Of a DNA stretch of 64,000 nt, positions 10,474-25,800 are shown in pieces (within the stretch, counting starts at the first letter, position 1; every line of letters starts with the position of its first letter). This DNA is from Klebsormidium nitens (lineage: Eukaryota > Plantae > Klebsormidiophyceae), in the NCBI GenBank assembly GCA_000708835.1, contig DF237293.1:34551-98550 (forward strand), given 5' to 3'. The notes under the pieces are model-generated. The model saw only the letters and a list, made by a program, of their open reading frames with translations, ran no database searches and was not told the DNA's origin. A program made the translations under genes and the position numbers.

Positions 10474-13228
10474 CCTCGACCCAGCGCGAGCGGCGGCGCG
10501 CTTTCACAACTCCGCGAGCTCTGCACGCATGTCTGCAGGAAAAAGAGAGTGCCTAATGTCAATGACTTCAACAGATTGCCAGTCTTATCTGCTTGTCCAA
10601 ATTTCATGAAGCTACCGTTTGCTATATGGGCGCGCGTTTCCAGGGGTCGTCACTTACGAAAGGGCAAGTGCTTAGACAAGATTTCTCATCGGTGTGAATT
10701 GTCTGAACACTACTTCTTGGCCAGAGTACCCAAAATACCCTCTTCCAAAAACGCCTGCGTCGGTTCTGAGCGTGAATCGTACCAATCTATTCACAAGTCA
10801 GGCAAAGTCTGCGAAATCCGGGGGATATAAATATGCAGACATTGTTTGCTTTGCATTGTATGATGGACACAACGTTGCTTCCACCGATCATAATCTAACG
10901 TAAGAGGCTACGGTCAAAAACTTTGCCGGGCAAAACGATGGATCGCAGCTGATGAATGGATAATAGCAGGAAGGCAGGACTGAATGAGAACCTTGAACAA
11001 ATTCAACGTGCACTCCAGGGGTAAGAGGGACCACATTGCTGGCAAACGAGGGCCCCCTTTCGATCGTGTATATACTTTGAGAAGCATGCTTCGTAGCATA
11101 AAATTAATAACCCTGATGACAATCAGTTCGAAAAGCAAGAGCTTGCTGTCCAGGTCCCCAACAGCCAGCATTGAAAAACCTCCGAAGCTGCAAGTCATTT
11201 GATTGCATGTAAGGGCTTGTTCTAAATACTCACTCTTCTACATCCGCTTTGCGCTTGCGGGTTTTCCCCATGCTCCACACCGGAAATGGGGTCTCACTTG
11301 GCCCCGCTGGTCAAACGCCAAAGCAGGTGACAGCTGGCACCTCCCCAGGATCGCCATAGGAGGCGCAGGCATAACGACGAAATGCGACAATGCACACCCG
11401 CATCTCAATGTAGTCTACGCAGTTGAACAAGTGTCCCGCGACTCATGGTGTTCGTGACACTCGGGCTGTTCGTCAAACGGCGATTTAAAGCACGCTGCGC
11501 TTGCCTGGGGCGCGCTCGCGGCCGCGGCCACCGGACGACGAGAGCGCCCTGCCACCCGAAATCATACAGAATTCCCGCTCTTCAATACTGCGCGTCTCTG
11601 TGTCCAATAGGACCGCAACGGATGATCCACATCCGTATCTCTAAGGTGAACGTCTCCGTCCTCCTAAACCAAACGGCAGATTCATTGAAAGTGACCCATT
11701 ATGCATTGGCCTACCTAAACTGTAGATTGCAGAAAGTGCGCGCGCGGCAGCCGTGCTCAATTGCGGGCGGCCGCGCTGCCCCCTTAGCTACCTGGTTTTC
11801 GGTTGAACTCATGCCTGGGTTACCGTCCAGGCGGCCACGGAGTTAACTTGGACGAGGTCCTCTCTTCGTTATTTCTTCTCAGAAACTGGGATCTTTTTGA
11901 AACAAGAAGGTCCATTTGCACAGGCACCAGGCCAGCTCCGCAGATAGAAAGAGACGTGTGCCTGCGAGTTGGGGATACACTGCACAAGGCGGAGGCAAAA
12001 TCAGCGGTGAGCGGAATTCACCAAAACTTCTTTGACTCATTACTGCGCAGCATTCTGTTCTGCGTGCTTTGTCTCCTGGAGTGACTGAGATTCTCGTGCA
12101 AGTTTGAACAAACGCTACGAACGAACTTTGTGAATCCTTGAAGAAGGGTTGATATTTTTGCTCGCTCCCTCCAAGTTAGACAAAAAACCCGGCGAAATCG
12201 GAACATAGCACTGGCACCAAAAGCTGTATCAATTGAGGTGCATTTTGTTCAGAGTCGAGCCTGAGATGTCATGGAAGTTGCTTTCAGCTTATAAAGATTC
12301 GATTCTGAGGTCGAAATATCATTGCCCTTTGAGATTCTGAATCCTCCCTCGTGCCGAACTTGTTTCTCCCTCTTTTTCTTCAGAGAAATTTGGAAGCAAT
12401 ATTCAGACCCTTTTTTTGTGGCAATTGAAGGGCCTACAACCTTTCTCAATTCTGTAGAGAGTAGTAGCGTGCCGTCTTCAAGCTGTTGCAGCACCATGAA
12501 CGGGCGCAGCGTGTATGTGATGAGAAGGGCGTAGATGCAGACTTGCCTTTCAAAGCATGCCTTTCAAACGCGATCCTCGGAGTCCTTGCTTAGTGAAATT
12601 GTAGGATTGAAGAAGAAACTTACGTCCTGTCAGAAGGCCCCCTTCTATCACAGGGAGACTTGGCAGTCGATCAAGCTTGGATTTCGCTGATTACACGGTC
12701 TTCTACCAATATTTCTCAACAGCTGTTCCAAGGGCAGTCTTCTACAGATGGTAACTGTAGGAGCGAGGATTCCTCGTGAGATAGGGAACGCCCCTTCTGC
12801 TCATAGGCGAGACTGGTTGCAGGTCCAGAAATGCAACGACTTTAGGGCGACTCGAGAGACCCGACAGCAAAAGCCCTGGTGGATTCCAGGAATCAGGCGG
12901 CTCTTGAGAAGGGTCTGTACATGTTATGCACTCCAACGCTAGCCGCTTGTTCTCTAGAGTCACATTTAGAAACGGTTACATGCTCGTGCAACTCGACTGA
13001 GACTATTTCATTTCTGTATGCAGGTACTCGTCGGCTTCGAATCGCTAGGGGAAGTCAGAAAGACTCAGAAATCATTGGTTTGTGAAAGTTTGTAGTTTTT
13101 CGGATAGCTTCTGATTAGAAGTTTTGTGAAGCACTTGACTTTTGCAGTAGCAGATTCTCCAGACCCTCTCCTACTCTTTTCATAGCCCTCTCCTAGCCCT
13201 CTGCCAGCAAAAGACCGGGCTACCAAGA

Positions 13229-14227
13229 ATGGGGTGCTGCTTCGGCGTTTCCTGGAAGGAGGCAATGGGTTGGAGACTGAAATTGCCTGCTCTTAGGCTC
13301 GCTCTTCCGGGGCAGCTTCTAACGGGGTTTACGCTTAGCACGCAACCACCCGCTTCCGCATTCAAGGCGCATGACTGGTCGAACTCTGCTATCGAGGAAG
13401 AAAGCGGAAACAGACGACTTGCCGGGTTTGTGCAATCTTTGGAAGCGCTGAAGCGTCAGCCAAAGCGGCGTCTTTGTGTTAGACAGGAAGCCGTTCTGCA
13501 CGACGCGCGCGGTCGCGCGCGCGAGGCGTCGGAGGCGGCGCTCCCGGGTTTGCGAAAGCGGTTTGCGAGACTAGGATTGGGGGGAAATGCGCTCGCGCGG
13601 GTGTTGGAGTACGTCCAAGAAAGTGCGCCGATCGTCATTCACTTTGACCCGCGGCAGCCGTTTAGAAACTTTTCCACAGTCCTAGAAGTGTTCCTTTCGG
13701 ACACAGAGTACCGGAACCAATTCGAAACGAACATATCGAAGGGCCATCTCGGGCCTTCTCGTGACACGTGGGAGCGAACCCTCTTCAGGGGAGTGTACCA
13801 TCGGGGGGATCCCCCGAGCCCCGAAGTGCGCACAAAGTATGGCGCGCTCAACCTGTTCCAGCAGCCCGAGGGATGCGCCCCAGCAGGCTACGGGTCCTGT
13901 TACTTTACGCTCTGTTCGGGAGTCCGTAAACGGGTCACGTTCACGTGGGGAGACTCGTCTACCGACGCTGCACAGACGCCTGCCACGTGTCAGCATTTCG
14001 CCCACGTGCTGCAGAAGTTTTCTGATGCGGACGTCCGCAGCCTGGTCAAGCGGGGGCCGCGGACAAACGGGGAAGCGTTTCTCGTGGAAGCGCAGATACA
14101 CGGACCCATCGACTTCCGCTGCGACGTCAAGGGAGTCCGGTACGCGAGCGCGGAATCCGCGGACGTCCGGAAGCAGTTGGAGGAGTGGGCGGACAAGAAT
14201 TGGTTTGCCGCCTGTGTCTACGATTGA
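13229..14227 (+). CDS. DUF3626-like protein, 332 aa, single ORF
   Basis: Uninterrupted ORF carrying IHFDP...YRNQFETNISKG...WERTLF...KYGALN...YGSCYF...EAQIHG, the recalled pattern of the mainly bacterial DUF3626 family. An optional in-frame intron at 13234-13338 cannot be excluded. Confidence 0.75.
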   Translation: MGCCFGVSWKEAMGWRLKLPALRLALPGQLLTGFTLSTQPPASAFKAHDWSNSAIEEESGNRRLAGFVQSLEALKRQPKRRLCVRQEAVLHDARGRAREASEAALPGLRKRFARLGLGGNALARVLEYVQESAPIVIHFDPRQPFRNFSTVLEVFLSDTEYRNQFETNISKGHLGPSRDTWERTLFRGVYHRGDPPSPEVRTKYGALNLFQQPEGCAPAGYGSCYFTLCSGVRKRVTFTWGDSSTDAAQTPATCQHFAHVLQKFSDADVRSLVKRGPRTNGEAFLVEAQIHGPIDFRCDVKGVRYASAESADVRKQLEEWADKNWFAACVYD

Positions 14228-16750
14228 GTCGACGTTGGTCAAAGGGCTGCCTAGCAGTCTCATCTTGAAAAGAGTGATTATTTGAACCGCAAATGTGCAG
14301 GATGTGGTTTGGTATAGCTGTCCAGAGGACGAGGCCGACTAGAAACGCGGAGTCATTTTGCACTTCGAGTTTTTGAGCCTTTCCTATCTTCTCTTTGCTT
14401 GTGCTCCTTGTTCAAATCTCTCTGAGAACTCTCGCAAGAGGTGCAGAGCAAGGAGCGTGATCGTGATGTTACATGTTGACATAAAATCCCCTACGGGGCA
14501 ATCATTTACAAGTTTACCGACACAACAGATGCGAGTATCAACATCGAGCAGAGGGCTAGTCTTGCACGTGTACACGTGACGTGAGCAAGTTGCGGCATCT
14601 AGACGCAACGCGTGTTGGTTGCAACAAGGCGTCCGTAGCATATTGCACAACTGGTGTATCATGCAGCAACCGAACGATGATCTCGTCAACGTCTGCAGTT
14701 TACCGACCAAAAGAACTATTAATCCTTCGCTCCTGTGGTAAGGACTTTAGTACGTCCCCATGGCTGGTTAATAATGTGGCATCGGATGAGCGAGCTGACC
14801 ATGCACTAACGAAGGACGGAGTTCTGATCTTCTGTCGCCGCAAGGGGCGCTCTAGCTAAGAAAGCCCTCTGGGCTCTGATTGTGTCGCTTGATTTATCAT
14901 TCGCGAATCTATTGTACCCGCATTCTAAAACAGAGTTGAATGTTGCAATTGTCTCGAGCCTGAGATGTATCGACCTCCGTTCCTGCAGACTCGGAAATGA
15001 TGGTCGATCGATAAGATGATGTCACTCCGTCGGAGCGCGCGATGCCCATGACATCCATGATCCGGCCGCCTGTCTGATGCATAAGGTCTTCACAAGGCAG
15101 GCTTTAGCGCTAGGCCAATTGGTCGTGCCAGAGCTCAATGATATTCCAATTGATATCATGGTAAACTTACGATCCAATTCTAGCTAGTGAATTGGAGATT
15201 GAGCTATAGCTCAGCCCAGCCTGTCACGAAAATGCGGCCCGCGCATGCAGAGTCGACGTTGAGCTAACATGCATCGCGTTCAAACAAGTACACGATCATG
15301 TGCGCGGCTATAATTGTTTTAGCACATGTGCGGTCACTGCCGCCCAATTTGACGGATGCAAGCTGCGCGCGGCTGGCCGGCCGCGCCCTAGCGCAGGCCG
15401 CCTGCAGTGCGGCATGATGCCAACTCAAGCAGCCGTGCTATGAACAGCTGGCATCGCAAGTGACAATCGACATCCAACGAAACAAATCATTAGCTAGCTT
15501 AGTTTCGCACCATTGAACCTGAGACGGTAGCCGGCCACATGCATGCCATGTAACAATTCATTCACAGACCCAGCGCCGGGAACAAACATACGACAAGGAA
15601 GTTCCATTAAGTGATTTTCAATCATGATGATGAAGTGGGGGGCAACTCTCTTTAAGACGCGCTGCGAATATGAGCTGAGCCTCGAATTAATAAACACTTT
15701 CGGCCGTCCAACCTGGCTCTCTTGCGCCATCTTTGGAAAGGCAGAAACCAAAATGCAGGTTGAATCTAGAAACTCGATCCTCTTGACTCGTTCAAAGATA
15801 TGGGAGCACCACTGCGCTGCTGACACGGAGTGTGCTGGTTTTGCAGCGACCCTAGGCAGCTCGAGCTCCCAACAGCCCACGTACACAGAATTCGTGACTT
15901 GATGAAGTGGCCGCCCATCGAAGTAACAGGTCGAGAAGATAACTTGCAAAACCTGCAAGTGGGAAACATGATTTGCACTAGCACTAAAGTCCACTTATCA
16001 GGCGTCGTGTCGAGAGAAAAATGCAAGGTTTGGACAGTGCACATCTTTCTCGGATTTCGAAGAAACGGACTGTTCACGGCTTATTAGGAAAACCACCAGA
16101 AACTTCCCAAAGGCCATCCAATAGCGCGCTTGATGGGCAACGCCTCGAAACGTCATCCGACGGAATGACTTCAACAATTGAACTAATGTCAAAAGCATAG
16201 CAGTCAACCCTGACTCAAGAGAGCCTCACGTTGACTTGGTCCCGATAAGAACGGGCCCAGATTATGTGTAGAGCGTCCTTTGAAAAGATCAAGAAGCTCA
16301 CTTGGTAAATGCGTCCGTCACAATCAACATGCGATATGAATCAAAGAGGTTCGAAGTGCAACCCAGATAAAAAGGAGGGAGAAGTGTTCAGAGTCCTTAC
16401 AACAAAACGGCCCTTTCTTCGATCCCGCTTTCGGAACATTGAAGCACACCGTTCTTACACAGCGGGCTAAGCACAAGAAATTTTGCTAGCAACGGAAAGT
16501 TTCTGACGACCTTTGAACGTGAACGGAAAGCCTGTCCTATCTTCCCTGTTCCTTTTCTGAAGCTATCACTGACAAAAGCCTGATCAATCGCGTCGCCTGT
16601 GCGTGTGAGCACAGATCCTAACACGTCGATTAAGCGCACTAGAAAGAGTAACGCTGACCTTTCCCCCTGGTCAGATCGCACCGGAGTATTCACCGGATCC
16701 CAAAGGACCTTGCTGTGCGGAATACGGATGTCAATAAACGGGTGCGTACC

Positions 16751-18694
<1,944 letters not shown>

Positions 18695-20350
18695 TCAGCG
18701 ATACGTCCCACTCGAAGGCTGATAGTGGCACAACTGCAAAGAACCAGTTCTCCAAATCAGTGCCGTTAGCAAAGGAGCGCCCTGATACGAGCTAGAAAAT
18801 TGCAAACTTTGAAACTAGGGTTCAGGACTGATCACTGGAGCCTAGAAACTCTTCTTAAGAGCAGGCTCTCGCCTTTGTAAGGACTTGAGAGAAACCCTAA
18901 AAAGCTTCAGCGTCGCAAAGTTTGAATGCGACAGCGTAATAAAAGTTCTCGTCTTCTAGTCTCCAAATCTTCATCAAAAATGTCAATCACCTCGAAAGTT
19001 CCCAGATATCCTGTCAACTCCACTGGAAAAGACAATATGCTCGTCCGTCACGTGGAGAGGCAATCCAAGTCCAACCACCATTAGTACGGAGGCAGCTGGA
19101 AACAAGTCAATCCACGAACTTCACAAAGCAACTGCGCGAAGCAGCAATAAGGTGGCGGAGCTGCTGGCAAGTACACCTCAGCTATCCATGCTGCCGCAGA
19201 TTGCAGATTTCAGAGAAGACTATTAATTACGACTCCCGACCCGCCTCCAATGAATGACTCACCTGAAAATGAGCAGCCGTCTTCACGTTGTCAGAGATTC
19301 AAACTTGAGAGCACCCTTCTCTTTGCTTCACGCCCTTCTTCACGAGTTTGCGCAACAATGACATTGATGGTTCCTTTTGCTTGTCTACTGCCTGGCAGCT
19401 TGCCAACGGTGACTCCCAACCATTGGCATCATTGCTGTCCCCGCTCACGGCAAGATTGGAAAAAACCAAAGAGAATTCTTTGACACCAACACAAGGCAAC
19501 TCGGAAAACATTTTGTATAGAAGGTCCCTGACGTCACACCTCATGCCAGGCTCAAGGGTCCAATAAATAAAAAATGGTCTTCAAGAAATGACTGGAAGCC
19601 TCCATACGGGGAGGATTTGCCTATAACTCCTAAAAGAGTAGTAGGCTTAGAAGTTAGAACTGAACCTTCGTCCTGGGTTCCTCGCGGGATAGTAGGACAC
19701 CGAGTCACGATACCGCTGTCACTTTAGGGTATAAAAGCGGACATCTCCAGGCTCCGACCTTATTTCTTCTTCCCAACTTTCCGCGCTCCAGGGTTGACGG
19801 GCAGGGTCGATGAGGTGACGTCAGAAACTTGCTGACGTAGTATTAACAGGGTATTTTAATATTGGGCAGTGTGTTCCATCAGCTAGGATTTATCATTTGG
19901 GTCTTACGAAATCCGTATTTCGATCTGCTGCGTGCAAAAAATCCACCGGGCTCTCTTTCGTTATGGAACAAACCTCAACTTCCGGATCAACGTTAACCTA
20001 GCCTCTGGCCCCGGAGATCGGCCAGAAGGATGACCCAGTTGATGACCCAGTTGATGACCCCGTGTCGCAAAACGGGCAAAGAAGACATTTGTAAAAGTGT
20101 TCACATGCACTGTTCCACCAAGAGCTTGCGTCACTGCGGTGTACGCGCACGATATCGCTGGAGTATGATCAGTCCGGTACAGCCTCAGAGTAGCCTCCCG
20201 GTGGAAGCTTGACACAGGTGGTTTCAACAGCACAGTCCAGGTTTTGCAGGGTTACGCTGTCAAACCAGTGAGGTTTATGGCGGGCCTTGGCCCCTTTAAC
20301 CACCCTGAGACTCAAGGGCTTGTTGTATGAGGTACCCGTACTACGGTTAA

Positions 20351-20803
20351 GGTAGAAGTATGGCAATCAACCGCCTGCAGAACCCTAGGTCACATTTCAG
20401 GTCACGAAGGGCCCGAGACTTAACCAAATTGAGTCGAGTTTTTTGCATTGGGTTCGAGGCCCCCAGGGGGGTCCTAGGACCCGGTTCTCGAGGTGTTTCG
20501 ACCCCTCGAGCCACCCCTACCAACCGGGGACTCTTGGCTCTCTCAGAACTGGGGGGGGTCATCTTTAATTTTTCGTAGATCTCAAATGGCTGTATAAATG
20601 ATGGCGGAAAGGCGCTTGGACGACCTCGGCCCATGCAGGGATATCGCACATTTTCGGGGGGGACGAACTGTAGAAGACAATTGGGGTTTCCAGTCACCCG
20701 TCTGAACAAAACCCACAAAAAACAAAAAACAGGGGTCTGAGGCCTTTCGTGACCCGAAACGTGACCTAGGGTTCTGCAGGCGGTTGAATGCCATACTTCT
20801 ACC
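20351..20803. mobile_element. Non-autonomous Kolobok-like DNA transposon (453 bp)
   Basis: ~69-bp TIRs beginning GGTAGAAGTATGGC with ~6 mismatches; TTAA on both flanks (20347-20350, 20804-20807); 5'-GG...CC-3' termini. Confidence 0.8.
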
Positions 20804-22833
20804 TTAATGCATATTGTTTTGAGGGTTTCATTTGCCGGTTGGATTCCCCGGGACACTGTGTAGTACCCGGTCGGTCAAGCTGTGCGGTAGTATGTGATAA
20901 GGCCGCAAATCAGGCTGACGTTGTAGTGTCCGGGGTGTCACCAGATTCTACGCGCGTCGCGCATCAACAATATCGTACGGCGTGCGATGCCGGCCTTGGT
21001 AACACTTCTGCGTTAACACTTTTACAACTGTCTACTATGGACTACTTGCGACTACTTGCGTCCCCAGTGTCAAGCTGCCCAGTGCCCGGTGATTGTAACG
21101 GTCCCCGGCCCCGCCCGGGCTTGGATTCCCCATAATTGAAATTTGGAAATCTGCAAAAGATCCGTGCTTGCAAAGAAGGATCCGCGCTATCCCTGTGCAG
21201 TCTGCTCGCGACTTGTGCTCGTCACAGCACAGCCTCAGGATCAGGGCCCAGGGGGCAATTCGAATGACATCATGTGGGCGATCAAAAGGGGCCATAAGGA
21301 AGCGGAGGTCCACCTGGAGGGCTGGCGTGATTGAGCAGGGCGGCAGGCCGCAGTCTGCCAACCCCCTGCCAACCCAGGGTCAGTGAAAGGAGTGGGGAGT
21401 TCACACTACCGCGGAGCATTGGTGAAGAGGGGTTTTTGAAAGTGATCGGATCAGGGGTCAAGAGTAGTCGAAGGCGGGGTCAAGAAGTTGCATGCTGATC
21501 CTCAGAGGGTTTCTTCAAAAAGTCTGCCACAGTTGTTTCTAGCAACACTACAAACAGGTATGTTAAAAACCCTAGCCCAACATTCTGGCATGACTGTTCT
21601 AGGCCCACAGGCCCTTTCGTGCATTTGAAGTAAAACTCACCGTGAGAATTGTTATGAGTTGGTCGATTTGTTAAGACATCTGAATTTAGTCTCTGTGCCT
21701 CAAGAAACACCCAGAGATATGGCAGGGCTGGCCAATAATCAGAAGGAGGGTCTTTTGCATGCAGATAGAGATCAGGCTTTGTTCTCTGAAGTAAGATGTT
21801 TGGCACAGTCCATGTGCGCCTACGATTGAGAGTTTGTCAGAGCATTTCAAGGATCTGTGTGAAAGTTGCAGGCGTGCACTTTACTTCTGCACTTGCACAA
21901 GCTGTTAGGACATCTTCTGTGGTTCGACTCTGGTTGTCTGTGCCTTGGTCAATCAGCTCTTAGACTATCCTTTTTGACCTTTGTTCAGGCCAAGGGATTG
22001 CTTGGGGAAGTGTGTTTACTTTGATCAGCCTGTATGAGGGGCCCCAATGTAACAATGTTGTCACATTCTTATCTTCGTTGGATCAGAGTCTCAACCATTT
22101 TTGCACCCTTTTGACAGCAGATCGCACAATGGAAGCATTAGAATGGTAGTTGTGATGTTGTTTGTTAGCGAAGAGCTCAGAAATGTTGGTATTCCGATGC
22201 GCATTGTGGCAGATTGTTTTTGCAGCGCAGCAAGTTTGTAGGCGTCTTTGCAGCAAACGGGTCATGTATTCCAATCTAGGAGCACTCCCCTTGCGCCTTC
22301 TTTTATCGCTGATTTGTCTCTGGAGGTGTTCTGAACATCAAATCAAAAGGGCAGGAGCATGAAAAAGTTTCATGGAACAAGTATCACTTTGACGTGTAGT
22401 CGTAGGCAAGTGGGTTGGCTTCAATCAGCTGAAGAAAGCCATTTGTCTGGATGTTGACTACCAACGATGCATTGTGTTCACAAGACATCAGCCATCGGTA
22501 GCATCCTCACGAGTCAGCTTCGGGCATTCTTTTGAAATGGCCGCAAAAAGGATCTGCTCGCTGGATGAAGACATTTCTTGACTCCAGAGTGGACACACCA
22601 ACAGCTGCCTAAGGCTGAAGGCCTATTCTGGTGTAGCCCCAGCAGTCAGTTGTATGGGCAAGCTTCAACCAAAGATCCTCATCTTGTGTGGGACCAATTG
22701 CGGCAGCTTGTTGTGATCAATGCCTAAAAGCGGGCAGCACTATGAGCTGCAACAGCAAAGTGATGCCCCGGAGTTACAGACGGATGGCGTTGATTGGCTG
22801 CTCTAAATTAGTTCTGTTGCTCCGCGCAGATCA

Positions 22834-25800
22834 ATGATGGGGCGGGACCGGGCCTCCAAGGATGAGGCGCGGCTTACGCGTGAAGATTCCAAGGCCACTA
22901 AAGATGAGGCGCGTGTATCGAAGGCAGCGTCAAAGCGCGAGGGCGAGCGGCTGCGGCGGCAGAGCAGTGACTTTGACAAGACGGATGACGAGGGGGGGCT
23001 GAAGAAGCACCGGTTCAAAAAGGCGATCGCGGCGACGGTAGGGGCGGCGCGAAAGCTGGGGAAGAAGAAGAGCAGGCGGGAGCGGCACAATGTGATCCAC
23101 ATTGAGGAGCCGCCCCTGTCGGAGCATGAGAAGCAGGAGGTGGGACTTATGAAATTTTTTGAGATCCGTCTTGAGGAAGGCGTCTTTATATGCTGCCCTG
23201 CTTGAGAGATGGGCCGACCAGCTAGCTGAAGATTGCTTGCAATTGAAACAACGGCTGGATGCTACCAGGTCGCTTGTTCTTGGTTCTTTCCTCGCAACCC
23301 ACCTGTTAGTAGACTGCCCTGGGATCCAGCAATTAGCGATAGGTTCAGCAAGGGTGCCTGCAGTTTCTTAGCCATCTTTTGGTCAGGAGTTGGAGATGGA
23401 GTTGAAGGTTGTGCATTCCTGATTTCAAGCTACTTATTGTCGATCATGAGCCCACCACTGCGTTGCATATCATGCGTATCTGGGCAGAATCACGCCAGCA
23501 ACAACCATTGCAGCCAGAAACAAATGTCCTGTCACACCTCATGCTTTGGAGTTCATTCGATAGGAAGATGAGAAGCTGGAGTTTGGCATGGTTAAGTTGG
23601 TTCACTCGCTCAGTCTATCAGCCACACAAAGGGGCACTTTGCTTGGATGACGGTTTTGGTGGGTTCCAGAAAATTCTTTATATTCTGCAGAATCTCTGAC
23701 CACCATGTTTTGGTCCAGAAATCTCAACAAGAGAGTCCAAAAATTTTGTCAATCTTTGGATCTCAATTGTAGTCACCAGGATCAGAAGAGGATGTATTCA
23801 GACGAGCACTCAAATCGGAGATTTATGTTGTACGGTGGTTCAAATTCCTGAGAGGGCTCTTTGGATCTATCTACGGGCGCTCGCCGCGGTATTGTATACA
23901 TTCCAACCTACTGAGCCGCAAACAGACCCTTGTAGCTTGGTTTGATTTTGAGCATCCTTGTCCCGTTTCCATGCAGAATTGTGTCAATATTGAAATTCTG
24001 CCTCTCGCTACAGGTTAACCAGTTTCGCACCATGCTTCAAGAAGCAGAGCTGCTACCTGCTCGCCACGACGACTATCATACGCTCCTTAGGTGGGCATTT
24101 GCTACTCCAATGGAGTATCCAGATGTGGACCCCTTGGGGCCAAATGACTACTTCGATCCATAAGCTTGCCCGTTTTCTAGGACGGTAACCAGCTCAGGTA
24201 GAAGCATTCTATTTCTGCTAAGGCTGCAGACTTGCTTTTTCTGATATAGCGGGTATCTCCCAATCCAAAAGTTTTTCCCCACTTGCATCTTGTAGAATAA
24301 CGTCATCTCTGACTTGAACACTCTTCGAAACTTTGGTTCAGACTGTTCTTGAGCCCTCTCATGTCCAATTATTGGGTCCTGGCATTTGCTGTTGAGGCAG
24401 GCACATGCGTCAACAGATGTAGTTGTCTGTGAAAGAGGTAGGTTATTGATCACTTACGTTGCTTTTCAGATTCATCCGCGCCCGGAAGCACGACCTAGCA
24501 GCTGCTAAAGAGATGTGGACCAAGTACATTGAGTGGAGGCGGGACTTTGGAACGGACACCATCGAGAAGGTCAGAATCCGATTTCGTTAGAAGATAGGTC
24601 CCTCTTTTAGTGGCGTCTTGCAGGATTGTTGCATAAAAAGCGAAAATACAGTGGCAGAGCGTTCAGGCGTAGTGACCAACTTTCGAAGCTCCAAGGCTCA
24701 GTGATTCGGAGCTCTTGAAGCTGAGAATTCAGGACTGATTTGCAGGCTCTGTACTTCAAGGCAGGTGACAAGAGGTCAAGAGCACCTAAGACCCAGAGGT
24801 TTTGTTTTGTGGAGGGGTGCTCGTCTCAAGCCTGAACCCAAGAGACGTGAGGCTTATCACTTAGTTCACTTATCACTTAAATCTGCAAAGCTTCGAATCA
24901 AGAGAGGAGCAGGTGATGCAATATGACTTGAAGGCCACCCACTAGATCTGGAAAACCGGTGCGCCTTGGTCAGACCTCCAAGATCCTTAGTTCACAGATC
25001 CCATGCTTTGTCGAGCTTTTCGAGCTTAAAATTCTGATACCATTTGCAGGACTTCACGTTTGAAGAGGTGGAGCAGGTGAAGGAGCACTACCCGCAGGGA
25101 CATCATGGCGTGGACCGCGAGGGGTGTCCCATCTACATCGAGCGGATTGGCAAGGTGGACGCACACAGGGTGGGTGCTCCCGCAGCAGAGCTTCAGCCAC
25201 TTTTATTTCATCCGTTTTGAAGAGCGTCCCACCTCGGCGGAAGCTGATATCAGGCCGTCCGAATGGATCCTTGCACTTGTAGGCTGCAGGTCGTAACCTA
25301 CTGATGTGACACTTTTCAGAAGCGAAGAGTCTGTCGGCAACATCTCAGGGATGCTGAGCCAGAATGATTGACAGAACAACTAATGATTAGCTACCGGCCA
25401 CCTATCGACCAGCCATCCAAGATACGATCTGGTACGATTGTATGCAAGAATCGTCCTGTGGCAGCAATCGGTGACACCAGTGGGAGTCCTCACACTGAAT
25501 TTCTACTTGGCTAAGCGAGCTCTTGACAATGGTTCATCGCTGTCGTCGCAGGTGCTCAAGTACACGACCATCGAGCGCTACCTGAAGTACCACGTGAAGG
25601 AGTTCGAGCTCATGTTCAGCGTCAAGTTCCCCGCAGCGTCCATTGCGTGCGGGCGCCACGTCGAGACGAGCACGAGCATCATGGACGCCGAGGGAGTGGT
25701 GAGTTTCTCCCCAGTCCTAGTTTTTTGCTAGCCCCGTTGCAAAGACGCCAGGCAAGTCGCGCAAGTGGATCTCTGGACAAATAGCGAGCTCCATGTTCCC

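Noticed and set aside
11100-11272. FGGFSMLAVGDL resembles a PIF1/Helitron helicase motif; preceded by a possible spliced start MGKTRKRKADVE|GTGAGT
   Set aside because: Only 12 aa match, the following QLPPV is absent, and no other helicase motifs occur nearby.
11850-13100. Decayed coding-like sequence between the DUF3626 copies
   Set aside because: Multiple stops in all frames; no family recognisable.
19680-19800. TATA-like TATAAAAG with a downstream U-rich stretch, possible snRNA or Pol III gene
   Set aside because: No match to recalled U1, U2, U4, U5 or U6 5' ends and no tRNA cloverleaf.
21480-22500. Possible decayed transposase (CSC...C..H SWIM-like spacing near 22250-22350; hAT-dimerisation-like segment at 21480-21806)
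   Set aside because: In-frame stops and imperfect motif spacing; too weak to call without an HMM search.
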